Source of the DNA: a virus
Lineage: Duplodnaviria; Caudoviricetes
Length of the DNA: 57,774 nucleotides
IMG/VR virus record: IMGVR_UViG_3300010318_000003
Span: 1 to 57,774 of that record
Direction: 5' to 3' (one strand)
Shown: piece after piece, positions 10,501-20,400 of the stretch
How positions within the stretch are numbered: the stretch's first letter is position 1
Layout of the letters: each line of letters begins with the position of its first letter
Position numbers and translations under genes: made by a program
The notes under the pieces: model-generated
What the model was told of the DNA's origin: nothing
Databases searched by the model: none
The model's input: the letters and a program-made list of their open reading frames with translations, nothing else

Positions 10501-11875
10501 AACAGACGCAGAGTATGAGTATCCTAAGTCTCATTTGCATAGGTCTAGGGTGGGAAATAATTTCGGTATTCTTATGCCCGATGATAGTCTTGCTAATAAC
10601 GCCGATCTTAGCGGAAAAGACGTTGGCATTGGCACTAACGCTACCGGAGACAAGTACGTTTTTGACAGGCAAATTCCTAACTCTGATGAGTACAGATACT
10701 ACGAAGGCCTTCCCATCGACTTTGAAGACGACGCCGTTCAAGATAACGTTCTAATTACGAACAGCGTGGGCGTAGTTCGTGCGAACAATGGAAGAGAAGT
10801 CGGAGAGGCTCTAGAAAGAGACTTGGGCATTATAGACGCTCAGCAACCTGGAGTTCCTGGTAAAGACGGAGGAGCTTGCAGAGCTATATTTGTAAGGTCT
10901 GGAGAAATTATTGAAGAGGCAAGATTTTTAGAGAGTACGGACGTACAGCCAAAAACTTACTTCTTGGGTAAGGATAGCCGCTGGGACCCCGGATTAACCC
11001 CAGGTAACGTTATATCAGTAGTAAACCCTGAAAATCTTGTGGGAGCAGACTTTGAGATAATAGGTCCTCAAGAACAGTTTATCTTGGGAGAAGGCACCTT
11101 AAATGAGCTTTTAGAGTATAGGCTTCCTGTAAATCCAGTTGACATGGTTCCTATGTCCTTCAACAATGAGCTTATTGTAGAAGTAAAGTATAGGGCGGTT
11201 GCAATGTACCAGCCTAGTCTTCTTTCTGATACGGCCACTTTGCTTGCTAGAAAGGTAACTGGACAAGCCACAGATATTAAAGCGTTTATTAAAATGAGAG
11301 AGGGAGCGGAGCTCGGCTCTGTTGTTATTGCCAAGAAAACTAATAATGGCTTTATAACTCAGCCATTTAGCCCCCACGGATGCACCTTAAGTGTGTCAGA
11401 TGAAGGGGTTTTGGACGAACACAACGGAGGAGTTTCTATTGCAGAATTCCCCGCTTCTAAGAGTATCGGCATATTCTCAGAGCCCGGTGCTTTGGTACCA
11501 GGAGAAGATTACTCCTACGTAGACTACTCATCAGATAGAGCAAACCCAGTAAATAGAGTCAAAAGATGTTACAGTTTCTTATCTAGGAACACCCTCTCCG
11601 GCACTGGATTCTCAAGTACTGGAGACTACCCACTAAGGTTCCTTAAGTTTAAAGACTCAGGAGCGCCGGTTGGAGCTTTTTATCTTAAAGCAAACGAACC
11701 CCAAGAGATTAGCTTAGCCGAACTTTTTAACATTAACGGAGAGTCGGTAACTCCAAGTTTCTGGAATAACAAGGCTTTATTCATGATCGCGCGGGACATT
11801 TCTGGTACTGCTGGAGATCCAAGACCGAACCAAGACGGAACTATATCCGTAACATTGAATTACAAAGAACAATAA
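7541..11875 (+). CDS. Large virion structural protein (paralogue B)
   Basis: 1444 aa; same motif series as 4262..7537. Confidence 0.75.
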   Translation: MADYRIKAQKTGPRTFVKDLQMISFRGASLFTESGSPLIAEKEVYYPPDFLPETSTAVVLDSDTFQSSGVSLGNAFSKGGGRAALPIEEQFSLESEVSRSLLGIDRSEQQQGLFGNVSSYGLDLKDWVTYRGYDDGGEANFWKTKNSPAGPHFPTREEDDPKNSAILLSTFPTPYSNPGNPPVARAVSSGELEGAIPNSWARYLQGLVALYIIEYMVNEFSDEKKILFGVDYIDKNYAKENGKFDPIFWDRIWTDIDQGRVGGVDNIPRIPLGEFRNFGAQNSNDEDYQTIDLTDESIFGAGKSTDPDLTEVSNYFGNFFAASTRYNFTNPNKGHFRLKTIQSPANWRELWQMDYDQLPQDLKDWEFRVLEQEPGPDSPEVKYKLPYYLITEVNGNSPEIPYESLIFGASWPARFDDDTIPQILKKLTEGNSIGTRPSGEAIQTLQSTRAYRYQPGRISGFTYGVRVSEEGAGPGTVIEFGVENYSDAYFFRLKDGTDFSIIRRSTVPLGSTDLFRESNYEEKEVYVSRLTGKAKFKELLSETEIMQEDMKVERGDSYLVFETSIDQSIMNGDPLNNEGETGYIYDPDTVTMYKIEFGWYGAIGARFYVYVPVGSGEARWVTLHTLVIENQIGQPCLEDPFFFFKYRVYNQSPATTKLPQFLEKYGASYYIDGGDEGTLEIGSGSAVNRKIKDAVDDDYLNGGQTFPISKWATVLGVKPKKFIVNNEGTEFFNKKEIFPVSISVSSNKNTELKFVNQFGCQEHAHTFQEGFRCVLPEKQRLRAKISVNRSTSSGLKGPAKRKKSASIRLVGLADGDTFQNVDVTSPTPWEQLNGGLLGSKIISNDLFNAYVNPLEDNQYIGEDTTLAVIGRPGQRKTVFDGSFKNYNDWSFGPLIKRFTENIDVKFSPFRRDTTLVSTIGVTQSEFFILFTSRRNNGQRFDSVSTIDGVSVDYEAICNQDEDGRCDGKNVADYQIGVVWPFGTSTPQTDAEYEYPKSHLHRSRVGNNFGILMPDDSLANNADLSGKDVGIGTNATGDKYVFDRQIPNSDEYRYYEGLPIDFEDDAVQDNVLITNSVGVVRANNGREVGEALERDLGIIDAQQPGVPGKDGGACRAIFVRSGEIIEEARFLESTDVQPKTYFLGKDSRWDPGLTPGNVISVVNPENLVGADFEIIGPQEQFILGEGTLNELLEYRLPVNPVDMVPMSFNNELIVEVKYRAVAMYQPSLLSDTATLLARKVTGQATDIKAFIKMREGAELGSVVIAKKTNNGFITQPFSPHGCTLSVSDEGVLDEHNGGVSIAEFPASKSIGIFSEPGALVPGEDYSYVDYSSDRANPVNRVKRCYSFLSRNTLSGTGFSSTGDYPLRFLKFKDSGAPVGAFYLKANEPQEISLAELFNINGESVTPSFWNNKALFMIARDISGTAGDPRPNQDGTISVTLNYKEQ

Positions 11876-11884
11876 TAGGCAGCT

Positions 11885-14800
11885 ATGGCAATTGATCCCA
11901 CCAACTTTTTCAGGTTCCTAGAGCAAACTAGGTCTCCTATAGGCTTTGTAGACAACTTAAACCTTGGCGAGGTTAATGCCTCTGACCAAAGAGATGCTCT
12001 TAGAAATCTCCTACTTAACCCTGAGGGTCTGGATCAAATTAGTGGCCTAGCTAGAGGAGGCGTGGGCTCTAGGCCTCTTCTTAAAGAAGACATTCGCCTT
12101 ATAGGCGGACTTGAAAGCCGCGTTATTGACTCTCTCGGTCTTATAGAAGACGTTAAGCCTAAAGTTACCTTTGAGTTATCTACCTTTATAAGAGTCGGAT
12201 CGCCAATTGGCGAGCCCGAAAAAAAATCCCTCTCTACAAACGCTTTCTCTGATAATATTATTGTACACCATGGTGGATTAGCTGCTAAAAATATTGAGTA
12301 CGACGTATTAGATATTGACGGAGTAAAAAGAACTGTTTCTGTATCTACATCCAGAGAGAGTTTGTTTAACGCAGAATCAAATAGCGACGGAGAATTCACC
12401 GACGTTTCTTTTCCCGGTCTTATTAGATCTAGAAGAAGAAGCCATGTAAATGAAATTAAACTTAGAGAAAAACTCTTTGTTAAAAAAGGATCAATTACAG
12501 AGTCTCCAGGTGCTATTGTTAGAATTCCAACTTACCTACAAACTAGCGCCTCTGGACCTAATCCTGACGTAAAAGTACTAAATACTTATGCAACTAAAGG
12601 ATCACCTTTAGAAATTCCTATCAACAAAATAGGAGAATGTACCTTTGAGATTGGAACAATACTAAGCATTTCTAGTGCTTATTACTTCGGATTCGAGGTT
12701 AAAAGAAAAAGCGACGGGCGCTTAATTATCAGCAAGCAGTTCTCGGGTAATAACGTACAAAATAAACCGGAGAGTATTAGAGAATCTTTCGATTTAACTA
12801 CACAGGCTGGGGGAATCGGTAACGGAGTAGACTGTATTTTATCTATTTTCTGTGTTCCTTCGCTAGTTAAAGAACTAAATTTACAAAACTTAGGCATTAG
12901 CGATGGTGGCCAAAGAGATATCGGGTTAATCGGTTTTGATAATCTAGAAAGGTTAAATCTTCAAAACAACAACCTACAAGCCCTTCCTACGTGGCTAAAA
13001 GTAAACTATAAGACTTTAACTTTCCTGAATCTTTCAGGTAATCCTTTTTGGAACAATGGGCCAGTGAAGTTTTTTGATTCTCAGGTTATTAGTAATAGCA
13101 TTACCGGACGCTCTAGCTCTGCTATTCCTCAGAAAAGTGCCACTCAGATTTTAGCTTATTCTGGCCATATAGATAGCTCTGATGCAGGATCTTTTGGCAC
13201 AGACGCACAAGGAAAATACGAACTTTACGACGGATCTCTCGGTACTGCTAGAGATAAGGCGGGAGAGTTATTTGTAAATAAAAGACAAGCCCATATAGAC
13301 GGTAGCGCGGCTTGTGCAATTGACGAAGAAAACGGCTTTAGAGTTTTTGAAAGATTAGAGACCTTGGTGTTAGGTTCATCTTTTTTAATTTCTAACGGAG
13401 ATTTTTCAGAGCTATTTCCTAACTTGAGTAGTTTGCAACTTCAAAGCCCTGCCAATGGTGGAGACAGAGTAGCTGGACTTTTGCCCAAGGTATTTAATAG
13501 CGAAAACGAGGCCGGTTTTAGTTATGATATTAACCAGCAAAGAAGAGTATCAGGTAACATTAAATATCTTGGATCAACAACCAGATACCAAACTACTCTT
13601 TCTGACGAACAAAAGGCTCAGTACATCGGCCAGTTCCCCATGAGATTATGGGACACTGAATTGTGTGGTTTCCTTGCAAAAGAAAGGCTAGCTGGTGGAA
13701 TTGCAACAGACGATAGTATGATTGCCAATGGCAAAGTGAACGGCGCTCAAGTAGACGGCAGCAACGCTTTCTCTTCTGTCGACGGAGGCAACGCGTCTAT
13801 TGCTTGGAGTAAGTGGCTGGAGCGTTTAGAAAATATTAACATAAGATTTACAGACATAGCTTTTTGTATTGCAAACGGCGACAGTTCAGACTTTGAATGG
13901 AAAGAGCTTAAAACTCTGAACACCGAGTTTACGGGCTTAAACAGTAAAAACGCCGTAAGTAAGCCCCTCCGTCGGACTAAGATAAGGTACAATGAGGGCG
14001 TGACAGGTTTAAACGAGAGTTCCGTAGATAAGCTTCGTGCTCCTAAGCTATCAACTATCAAATCTTCAAGAGGCCACTGGGGAGGAAAGATGTTCTCTTT
14101 AGATGGCAACAACGGTCTGGGTGGTATGTCCCTTAAGACGCTTAATATATCCGCTCAAGCCTGGGAAGGATACGAAGCAGAAGATGGTAGCGGAGTATTA
14201 TATTTCTTACCTAAAAACTTTGCCCCCACCAACGATATTATGTATGCCTTGGAGATATTTCAGGCAGAAAGTCTTCTTAACAAGGATATAATAGATCTAG
14301 AGTTTAGACCAAATGATTTTGAAAGAACTCCTAGACTTAGATTCTTCGACATTAGAAACAGCGGATTTACCGGAGTTTTTCCTAATCTCGTTGCTGAGAA
14401 AAGACCCTTAGATTTAAGAATTGACGGTAACAGATTTTATGATTTAGATAATATTGGTCCTAGATCTAATAGCAATATTGTTAGAATTTTTAGTACTAAC
14501 CAGGGAATACTCAGAGGAGGTTCTATAATTCCCGACTTCTCTGAACCAAATAACGATAACAAAACTCTATTTCAGGTTGTACTTAACGGATCTTTACCTT
14601 CTAAGTATACTTCTGTATGGAAAAATGATCCTACCAAGGCTCGGACTCCAGTGTTTAACGCTTTATTCGGGCTAATTAACGCAGGAAGCAACGAGCCAGC
14701 AAATTACAACCTAATTGTCAAAGAAAGAAACACCGCAGCTGGCGCAACATGGACTTCAAAAAATCGTGCCGGTGTTAATCAACAACCCTCTGAGTTCTTA

Positions 14801-15520
14801 TACCCCTCTATCTCATCACTTTCAATAAACGGATACGTTAGAGTGGGAGATAAAGTTTACAAGAGCGAAAATGGCACGCAACAGGTTGGCGTGGTAAAAC
14901 AGATAAAATCCGGAGCCGGAGCATATATTGTTCTTAGCGACAAAGTGGACTTTAGCTCGCATGAACTTTGGTTCCAAAGAGGCGGAGTTGATGCAGGAGA
15001 CTATTTTAATAAGTGCAAAAATCTTAAAGATATCATTGCTAGAGACTGCTCGTTAGTGGGAAGAGTACCTAAATTTAGAGGAAATAGCGGAAGGTTGGCA
15101 ACTGTTGATCTTGCTTCTAATCTTCTTTTTGATTATCAAAAGGGAACTCTTCAAGAGATTACAGGAAGGGCAGAAGAAAACACAAATCCCCCCGCTTTGC
15201 AAGTATTTAATCTTTCAAACAATCCTTTAACTAAGGCGAGCATAAGAAAGATTATAGAAGACGCGTTTGATGTAGCTGAGTTTTACGGAGATAAATTATC
15301 TTCTAAAAAGTTAGTTATTGATTTAACTGCTACAAAGGCAAATATAGCTGAGGGAAGTTATTCTAACTACACCCTAGATGAAATATTTGATCAGGGTAAG
15401 CCGGGTAACCCGAACTCTGAGCCACCTATCGATCCAATTTCAGACAATCTCCTGGAAAAATTTAATCAACTTAATGGAAACGGAAATAATTTTTCTAGAA
15501 TAAAAGTCCTTCTTAACTAA
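11885..15520 (+). CDS. Leucine-rich-repeat-containing putative virion protein
   Basis: LERLNLQNNNLQALP, LTFLNLSGNPF, LRFFDIRNSGFTGVFP, LATVDLASNLL and LQVFNLSNNPL fit LxxLxLxxNxL. Confidence 0.75.
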   Translation: MAIDPTNFFRFLEQTRSPIGFVDNLNLGEVNASDQRDALRNLLLNPEGLDQISGLARGGVGSRPLLKEDIRLIGGLESRVIDSLGLIEDVKPKVTFELSTFIRVGSPIGEPEKKSLSTNAFSDNIIVHHGGLAAKNIEYDVLDIDGVKRTVSVSTSRESLFNAESNSDGEFTDVSFPGLIRSRRRSHVNEIKLREKLFVKKGSITESPGAIVRIPTYLQTSASGPNPDVKVLNTYATKGSPLEIPINKIGECTFEIGTILSISSAYYFGFEVKRKSDGRLIISKQFSGNNVQNKPESIRESFDLTTQAGGIGNGVDCILSIFCVPSLVKELNLQNLGISDGGQRDIGLIGFDNLERLNLQNNNLQALPTWLKVNYKTLTFLNLSGNPFWNNGPVKFFDSQVISNSITGRSSSAIPQKSATQILAYSGHIDSSDAGSFGTDAQGKYELYDGSLGTARDKAGELFVNKRQAHIDGSAACAIDEENGFRVFERLETLVLGSSFLISNGDFSELFPNLSSLQLQSPANGGDRVAGLLPKVFNSENEAGFSYDINQQRRVSGNIKYLGSTTRYQTTLSDEQKAQYIGQFPMRLWDTELCGFLAKERLAGGIATDDSMIANGKVNGAQVDGSNAFSSVDGGNASIAWSKWLERLENINIRFTDIAFCIANGDSSDFEWKELKTLNTEFTGLNSKNAVSKPLRRTKIRYNEGVTGLNESSVDKLRAPKLSTIKSSRGHWGGKMFSLDGNNGLGGMSLKTLNISAQAWEGYEAEDGSGVLYFLPKNFAPTNDIMYALEIFQAESLLNKDIIDLEFRPNDFERTPRLRFFDIRNSGFTGVFPNLVAEKRPLDLRIDGNRFYDLDNIGPRSNSNIVRIFSTNQGILRGGSIIPDFSEPNNDNKTLFQVVLNGSLPSKYTSVWKNDPTKARTPVFNALFGLINAGSNEPANYNLIVKERNTAAGATWTSKNRAGVNQQPSEFLYPSISSLSINGYVRVGDKVYKSENGTQQVGVVKQIKSGAGAYIVLSDKVDFSSHELWFQRGGVDAGDYFNKCKNLKDIIARDCSLVGRVPKFRGNSGRLATVDLASNLLFDYQKGTLQEITGRAEENTNPPALQVFNLSNNPLTKASIRKIIEDAFDVAEFYGDKLSSKKLVIDLTATKANIAEGSYSNYTLDEIFDQGKPGNPNSEPPIDPISDNLLEKFNQLNGNGNNFSRIKVLLN

Positions 15521-15541
15521 TACAAATACACTTAATAAATT

Positions 15542-17485
15542 ATGGCTATCGGATTAAGCAGAGCACTAAATCTCTCAGAAATAAACTTAAATTTAAAAGA
15601 ATCTCTTCAGAAGCTTTATGCTCCTGGAATTGAAAATGACATTGAGTTATTTTCTTTGTCCTCTCAGCTTACCTCAAGTGTTTTATCTGGCCCAGAAGGA
15701 GACAACATTGCCAAATTAATAGGTTTAAGGTCCGAGGCCATTAGAGAAGCAAATGGAGATGTTATTAGAAGAACAAGGTTTTTAACCCAAGGAAACACTT
15801 GGTCAAATAACGACGAAGTATTTTTTGATAACTTTGCTGTTGCTCCTTCTGCCCAGCCCGACGCGGTTAATCCTATATCTAGAATTAACAACGGAATTGC
15901 CTCGGTTAGAGTCCTGTACGGAGGCTCGGGATACTACTTTAAAGAAGTAGCTCCGGCCGGAGTAACTATTCCTAAAAACTTTGTAGCAGATGAGTTAGTT
16001 ATTAAAAACGTAGTTTTAGAAGGCTCTATATCTAAGTCTAATAACGCAAGAGCACAAGTAACTTTTGCAATTGAGCCAGACACTGTATTCCCTTCTTCTG
16101 ATATCGTCTCTTGGCAAGAAAGAAACTCTCAGGTATCTGTGGCCGCAGGAGTTGCCGGGACAGTAAGCGGAACTACAAACAACTTAACAATTAACGCAAA
16201 CGGAACCTGGAACTATTTCTCTCCAGATCAAATAGAGCTATCTACAGACTTATATGTTACCGTACTCTATTCTAACGGAGAAACAAAGGAGTACCTTGTT
16301 ACTACAAGATTATTTACTTCTCAGAACTCTTCCGGAGTACTCCCTCTTGCTCCTATTGGCTCTGAAGAAGATATAGGACCTCTTGCAACATGGACCGGCT
16401 TTTACACAAGAAGATATAGTGTAGCTAAAATAGAAATATTAGAGCAAGGAACCGGGTACTTAGTTGGAGAAAGAATCAATATAGTAACGGAGACAAACGT
16501 AGAAGAAACCTCAAGCTCACAAGAGTGTGTAATTGTAAGACAGATAGGCGAAAGATTTTTCTCTAAAGATCCTAGGATTGTAAACGATAACTTTAAATAT
16601 TCTGTAAGAGGTTCTAATCAAGATGGATTCTATCTCTTTGATAATTTAAGTCAAAAATTTATTTTTATAGACACGGAAATAACTGTAGGGTCTTTTAACT
16701 CGGATACTCCTAGAGAAATTAAATTAGTAAGAGACGATTCTATATTTATTGATAACATTCTCCAGCTTAAGTTTGCTCAGTCTAACATCTATATTTCTAA
16801 TTATGTAGACCCCTTTGTACCCGGCGGAAGTCTTTCTGGAGATTTATTACAAGCAACATCCAGAGCCTCAGAACTCAGATCCGACTCTTTTAGAGCAATC
16901 CAAAACACTAAAAACCCTGAAGAAGTTTCATCTGACGCCAACACTTTAGGATTTAGATTTAATCGTATTTTGGGTCAAGACGCCGGGATTAATCAAAGAG
17001 TTGTAATTAGAGACCAAGACTTTTTACTTGGCACTTTCGGGGTAACAGGGCTTAAGCTAAAAAATAACGTTAGAATTCCTAAGTTTAGATTAGATGATCC
17101 CGATATCAGAGTTCCTGGACTCTTTATTAAAGTAGGCCCTGATTATAAAAGAGCGTTTTCTACACAGGATAAGCCCTTCTTCCAGTTAAACTCCTTACAA
17201 TCTGGTAATATTAACCCGGACGTTGTTGGAGGCTTTACTTACGGAGAATACGCCGTGTTTGCCGCTAATTTGTATGCAGATGGCTGGAAGGGATATAACG
17301 TTAACATTAGCTCGTTTGCTCAAAGAATCTCGGTTCCTGACGGATCTGATCTTACCAACGCAGGAGAAAATGGAGCTTTATTCTATCACAAAAACTCTAA
17401 AGAAGATCTTCCGGTAACTGCAAAGACCTCTGGGAGCAAAAGCTATTACGAGGTCTCTTTGTTTACTTTCTTACCTGGTATCTAA
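15542..17485 (+). CDS. Putative virion/tail structural protein
   Basis: 647 aa; N-terminal GLSRALNLSEI motif; GGSGY/QGTGY cyanophage structural repeats. Confidence 0.65.
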   Translation: MAIGLSRALNLSEINLNLKESLQKLYAPGIENDIELFSLSSQLTSSVLSGPEGDNIAKLIGLRSEAIREANGDVIRRTRFLTQGNTWSNNDEVFFDNFAVAPSAQPDAVNPISRINNGIASVRVLYGGSGYYFKEVAPAGVTIPKNFVADELVIKNVVLEGSISKSNNARAQVTFAIEPDTVFPSSDIVSWQERNSQVSVAAGVAGTVSGTTNNLTINANGTWNYFSPDQIELSTDLYVTVLYSNGETKEYLVTTRLFTSQNSSGVLPLAPIGSEEDIGPLATWTGFYTRRYSVAKIEILEQGTGYLVGERINIVTETNVEETSSSQECVIVRQIGERFFSKDPRIVNDNFKYSVRGSNQDGFYLFDNLSQKFIFIDTEITVGSFNSDTPREIKLVRDDSIFIDNILQLKFAQSNIYISNYVDPFVPGGSLSGDLLQATSRASELRSDSFRAIQNTKNPEEVSSDANTLGFRFNRILGQDAGINQRVVIRDQDFLLGTFGVTGLKLKNNVRIPKFRLDDPDIRVPGLFIKVGPDYKRAFSTQDKPFFQLNSLQSGNINPDVVGGFTYGEYAVFAANLYADGWKGYNVNISSFAQRISVPDGSDLTNAGENGALFYHKNSKEDLPVTAKTSGSKSYYEVSLFTFLPGI

Positions 17486-17488
17486 GTT

Positions 17489-20400
17489 TTAAACGTATCC
17501 CGGGTCGTTATCGGTTAAAAGACTTATACCTGATACGACCCCCTCTTCTCCGTCTTTTTTAGCAAACAAGAACACTGCCTCTTTAACCGCAGAGCCATCA
17601 GAGAACGTCAAGGCATCTTTAAAAATGTTGTCGTTGGCCACGGCATTATAATCTGTTCTTGAGAACAAACCGGTAGAGTTATTCGGATCTACTAAGTCAG
17701 GGGCTCCGATGTAAGGGCTTAGGTTTACTCTTAGTTTGTGGGTGTAACTATCTGCGACGAAGGTAGGGAATGTGCCCAAGGTTAATAGGCCAGTTAGCTG
17801 CGCTCCTTCTGGAACTATATTAGGTCTTTCTGCCTCAGAAAAGTCTAAAGCAAACTCTTGGTTTACTTGTAAAAACTTTTCGTCTAAAGTAAGTAAACTT
17901 CTTTGAGGAGAACCAAACCACACGTCGTAGTTTCCTACGGCAGAGCTATAAAGCGTAGCATCATTCGCAACAGTATCTTTAAGATTAAGCTCCTGAGTCT
18001 GATAAGGTGGGTAACATAAACCACCTAGGCCGGGGTTAGCAGGATCTGTGGCAGAATTATCAAAGTCAAACGGAGTAACAGTAACCGAAGGCGGAGAAGG
18101 AAGCTCTGTTCCTGTGCCAAAAGGCGTTATCTGAGGATTTGCAGGAGTAGTGTCTGGGGTGGCTACAAAAAGAGTCTCTGAGAAGGATAAACCAGCTCCG
18201 TTATCTGCTCTTGAGAATCCAAAGCCAGAGTTATATACAAAATATATCTGGAATGTAGAGTTGCTGCCGGGCTCTGAAAGATTTGCTACTGATCCGTTTT
18301 CAAACGCTCCCAAAGAGTCAGTTAATTTTTTAGGAACACTCGTAAACTCAAAGTAGTTATAATATACTCTTACAGCATAGGCCACTCCGTTTGCGGGATT
18401 ATTTGCCTCGCCTGATATCACTTCGTAAGTAATTGTCTCAGTACTCTCATCGTATCCTGTAACGTACGCCTGAGAAAAAGGAGCAACTTCTCCGGCCTCT
18501 TGGTCGCCCGAGTTATCTAGATCATCGGAGCTTGAGTAAAACTCAATAAGGGCACCATCATAGAGTTTATTGCCGTCATCAAGACTTAGTGTTTGTCCAA
18601 AATTACTGAACAATGCGCTACTGGTAATATTTCCAGTTCCCGGTGCTCCAGATGGGTCTGGAACCGATATCATCATGTTTCCGGCAGTTAAATTCGGTCT
18701 TGTTGCCAGCAAAAAGTCAATAAAGTATTTTTCTTCTTCGGTTGAAAAAGTAACGCTATTTGTTGCGTAATTTCTTTTTATAAACTTATAGATAAAAATA
18801 GCTTTATTTGTTTTAGTTCTTCCGTTTGTTCCTGTAGTAACTTCATTTACACCGAGGCCACTGGAACTAATCATGCCGCGAGTAACTGCGTCATGTGTTC
18901 CGTTTCCACCGGCGTTAGTTGTTAAAGCTTTAGGGAAAAATATGTTTTTACCTTTTACTTCTGAGTAGTTGATTGTGTAAGTGGTGGGGGTTAAATCACC
19001 GTCACTATCAAATCTATCAGAGGGCGGAAACTGAAGCCCAGAAATATTAATATTTTGGTTATTTTGCCTGAGAGCGTTATTAAAGGTATTTGAGTTATCT
19101 CCGCTGTGGAGAATCTTGCCACCATTATCAAGTCCAGCGGTGTTAAATAACGCGGCCAAAGTATTTGTTGGGTATCCTGAAATCTTTACGTTACCTCCGT
19201 TACCCGCAGCGTCTTCTTCTACAGAGATAAAGGTGTAGTTTTCTCCGGGTACTCTTACTTCTCCATCAGCAAGTGGCTTGGGATCCTGAACAACATTTCC
19301 TGTAAATTGGTCCTGTGCTGTCTCTTGCTTTCTTTGACGACCGATGAATAAAAGCTTGTCGTGGCTATAGTCATAGTCTCGATCACCGGCCAGTGTAGTA
19401 AATCTATTTTTAATAAATCCGTCGTACCTATCGGGTCCGTAGGTGTTTTGGATGGGCCTGTTTCCTAACTTATATTTAAAGTACTCTGGGTTGTCGCTAA
19501 AGGAAACTCTGGAAGTATTTTGCTCTGCAAATCTTTCCGATCCTGCAACCATGTCGGCAGAACCCCTGTAATTTCCAAACTTGTTTGGGTTAAATGCTTC
19601 AGCCTGGAAAAGCTCTTCTCTTTCTCTTTCGGCAGGATCCGCAAGAATATCAGAAGGATCAAGGGGTACTACTGTAAATGCAATGTTTTGTGCAATTATG
19701 TATAACTTATTTCCGTTTGAAGGAGCAAGAGTGCCTGTTGTAAATTCTATTTTATCGGTACTTGCTTGACCTGCGTTAAGAGGATCCTCGACTCTTCTTC
19801 CCGTAATTCTTCTCTGGTCGGGCTGATTGCCGAACGTTCTAACTGACTCAAGACAAGCCACGAGATTTTTTTCACTTGCCCCGAGAGCCGGTGGAATTGA
19901 AGCAGGATCAAGGTCAGTAAAAGCAAGAACCTCAAAGGTAGTTGTTAGCTCGTTTGTGTTTGTTTCGTATCCAGATTCTTGAGGTGTAGATACAACGGTC
20001 CAGTTAGCATTAGCGGAATCGTATTCTAGCTCGTAATATCCCAAGAAGCTGTTCCAGTACTTAAATGTGCCGTCTGGAGGAGTTACGGGGTCTGTGGTGG
20101 TATCTTCAGGCGTGTATCCTAAAGCCGTGTCAACTTGCTCTATAGCAAAAGACGGATCGAAGGTGCTAATAGTTCTTTGAAAGATAGGCAACGGGGACGA
20201 ACTTCTGTCAATAGTGTCCTGTCCGTACCAATACCTAATAACTACAGGTACATAATTATTTTTATACTTATTTACTTCGTTTCCGTCTTCGTCTATATAG
20301 GTATCGGATAGATCAAAAAGATTATTGGTTGCTACAACATCGGAAGAATTTCCGTAGTTAGGACCACCTTGAACAAAAATCTCTTTAGCTCCTAATTGAT

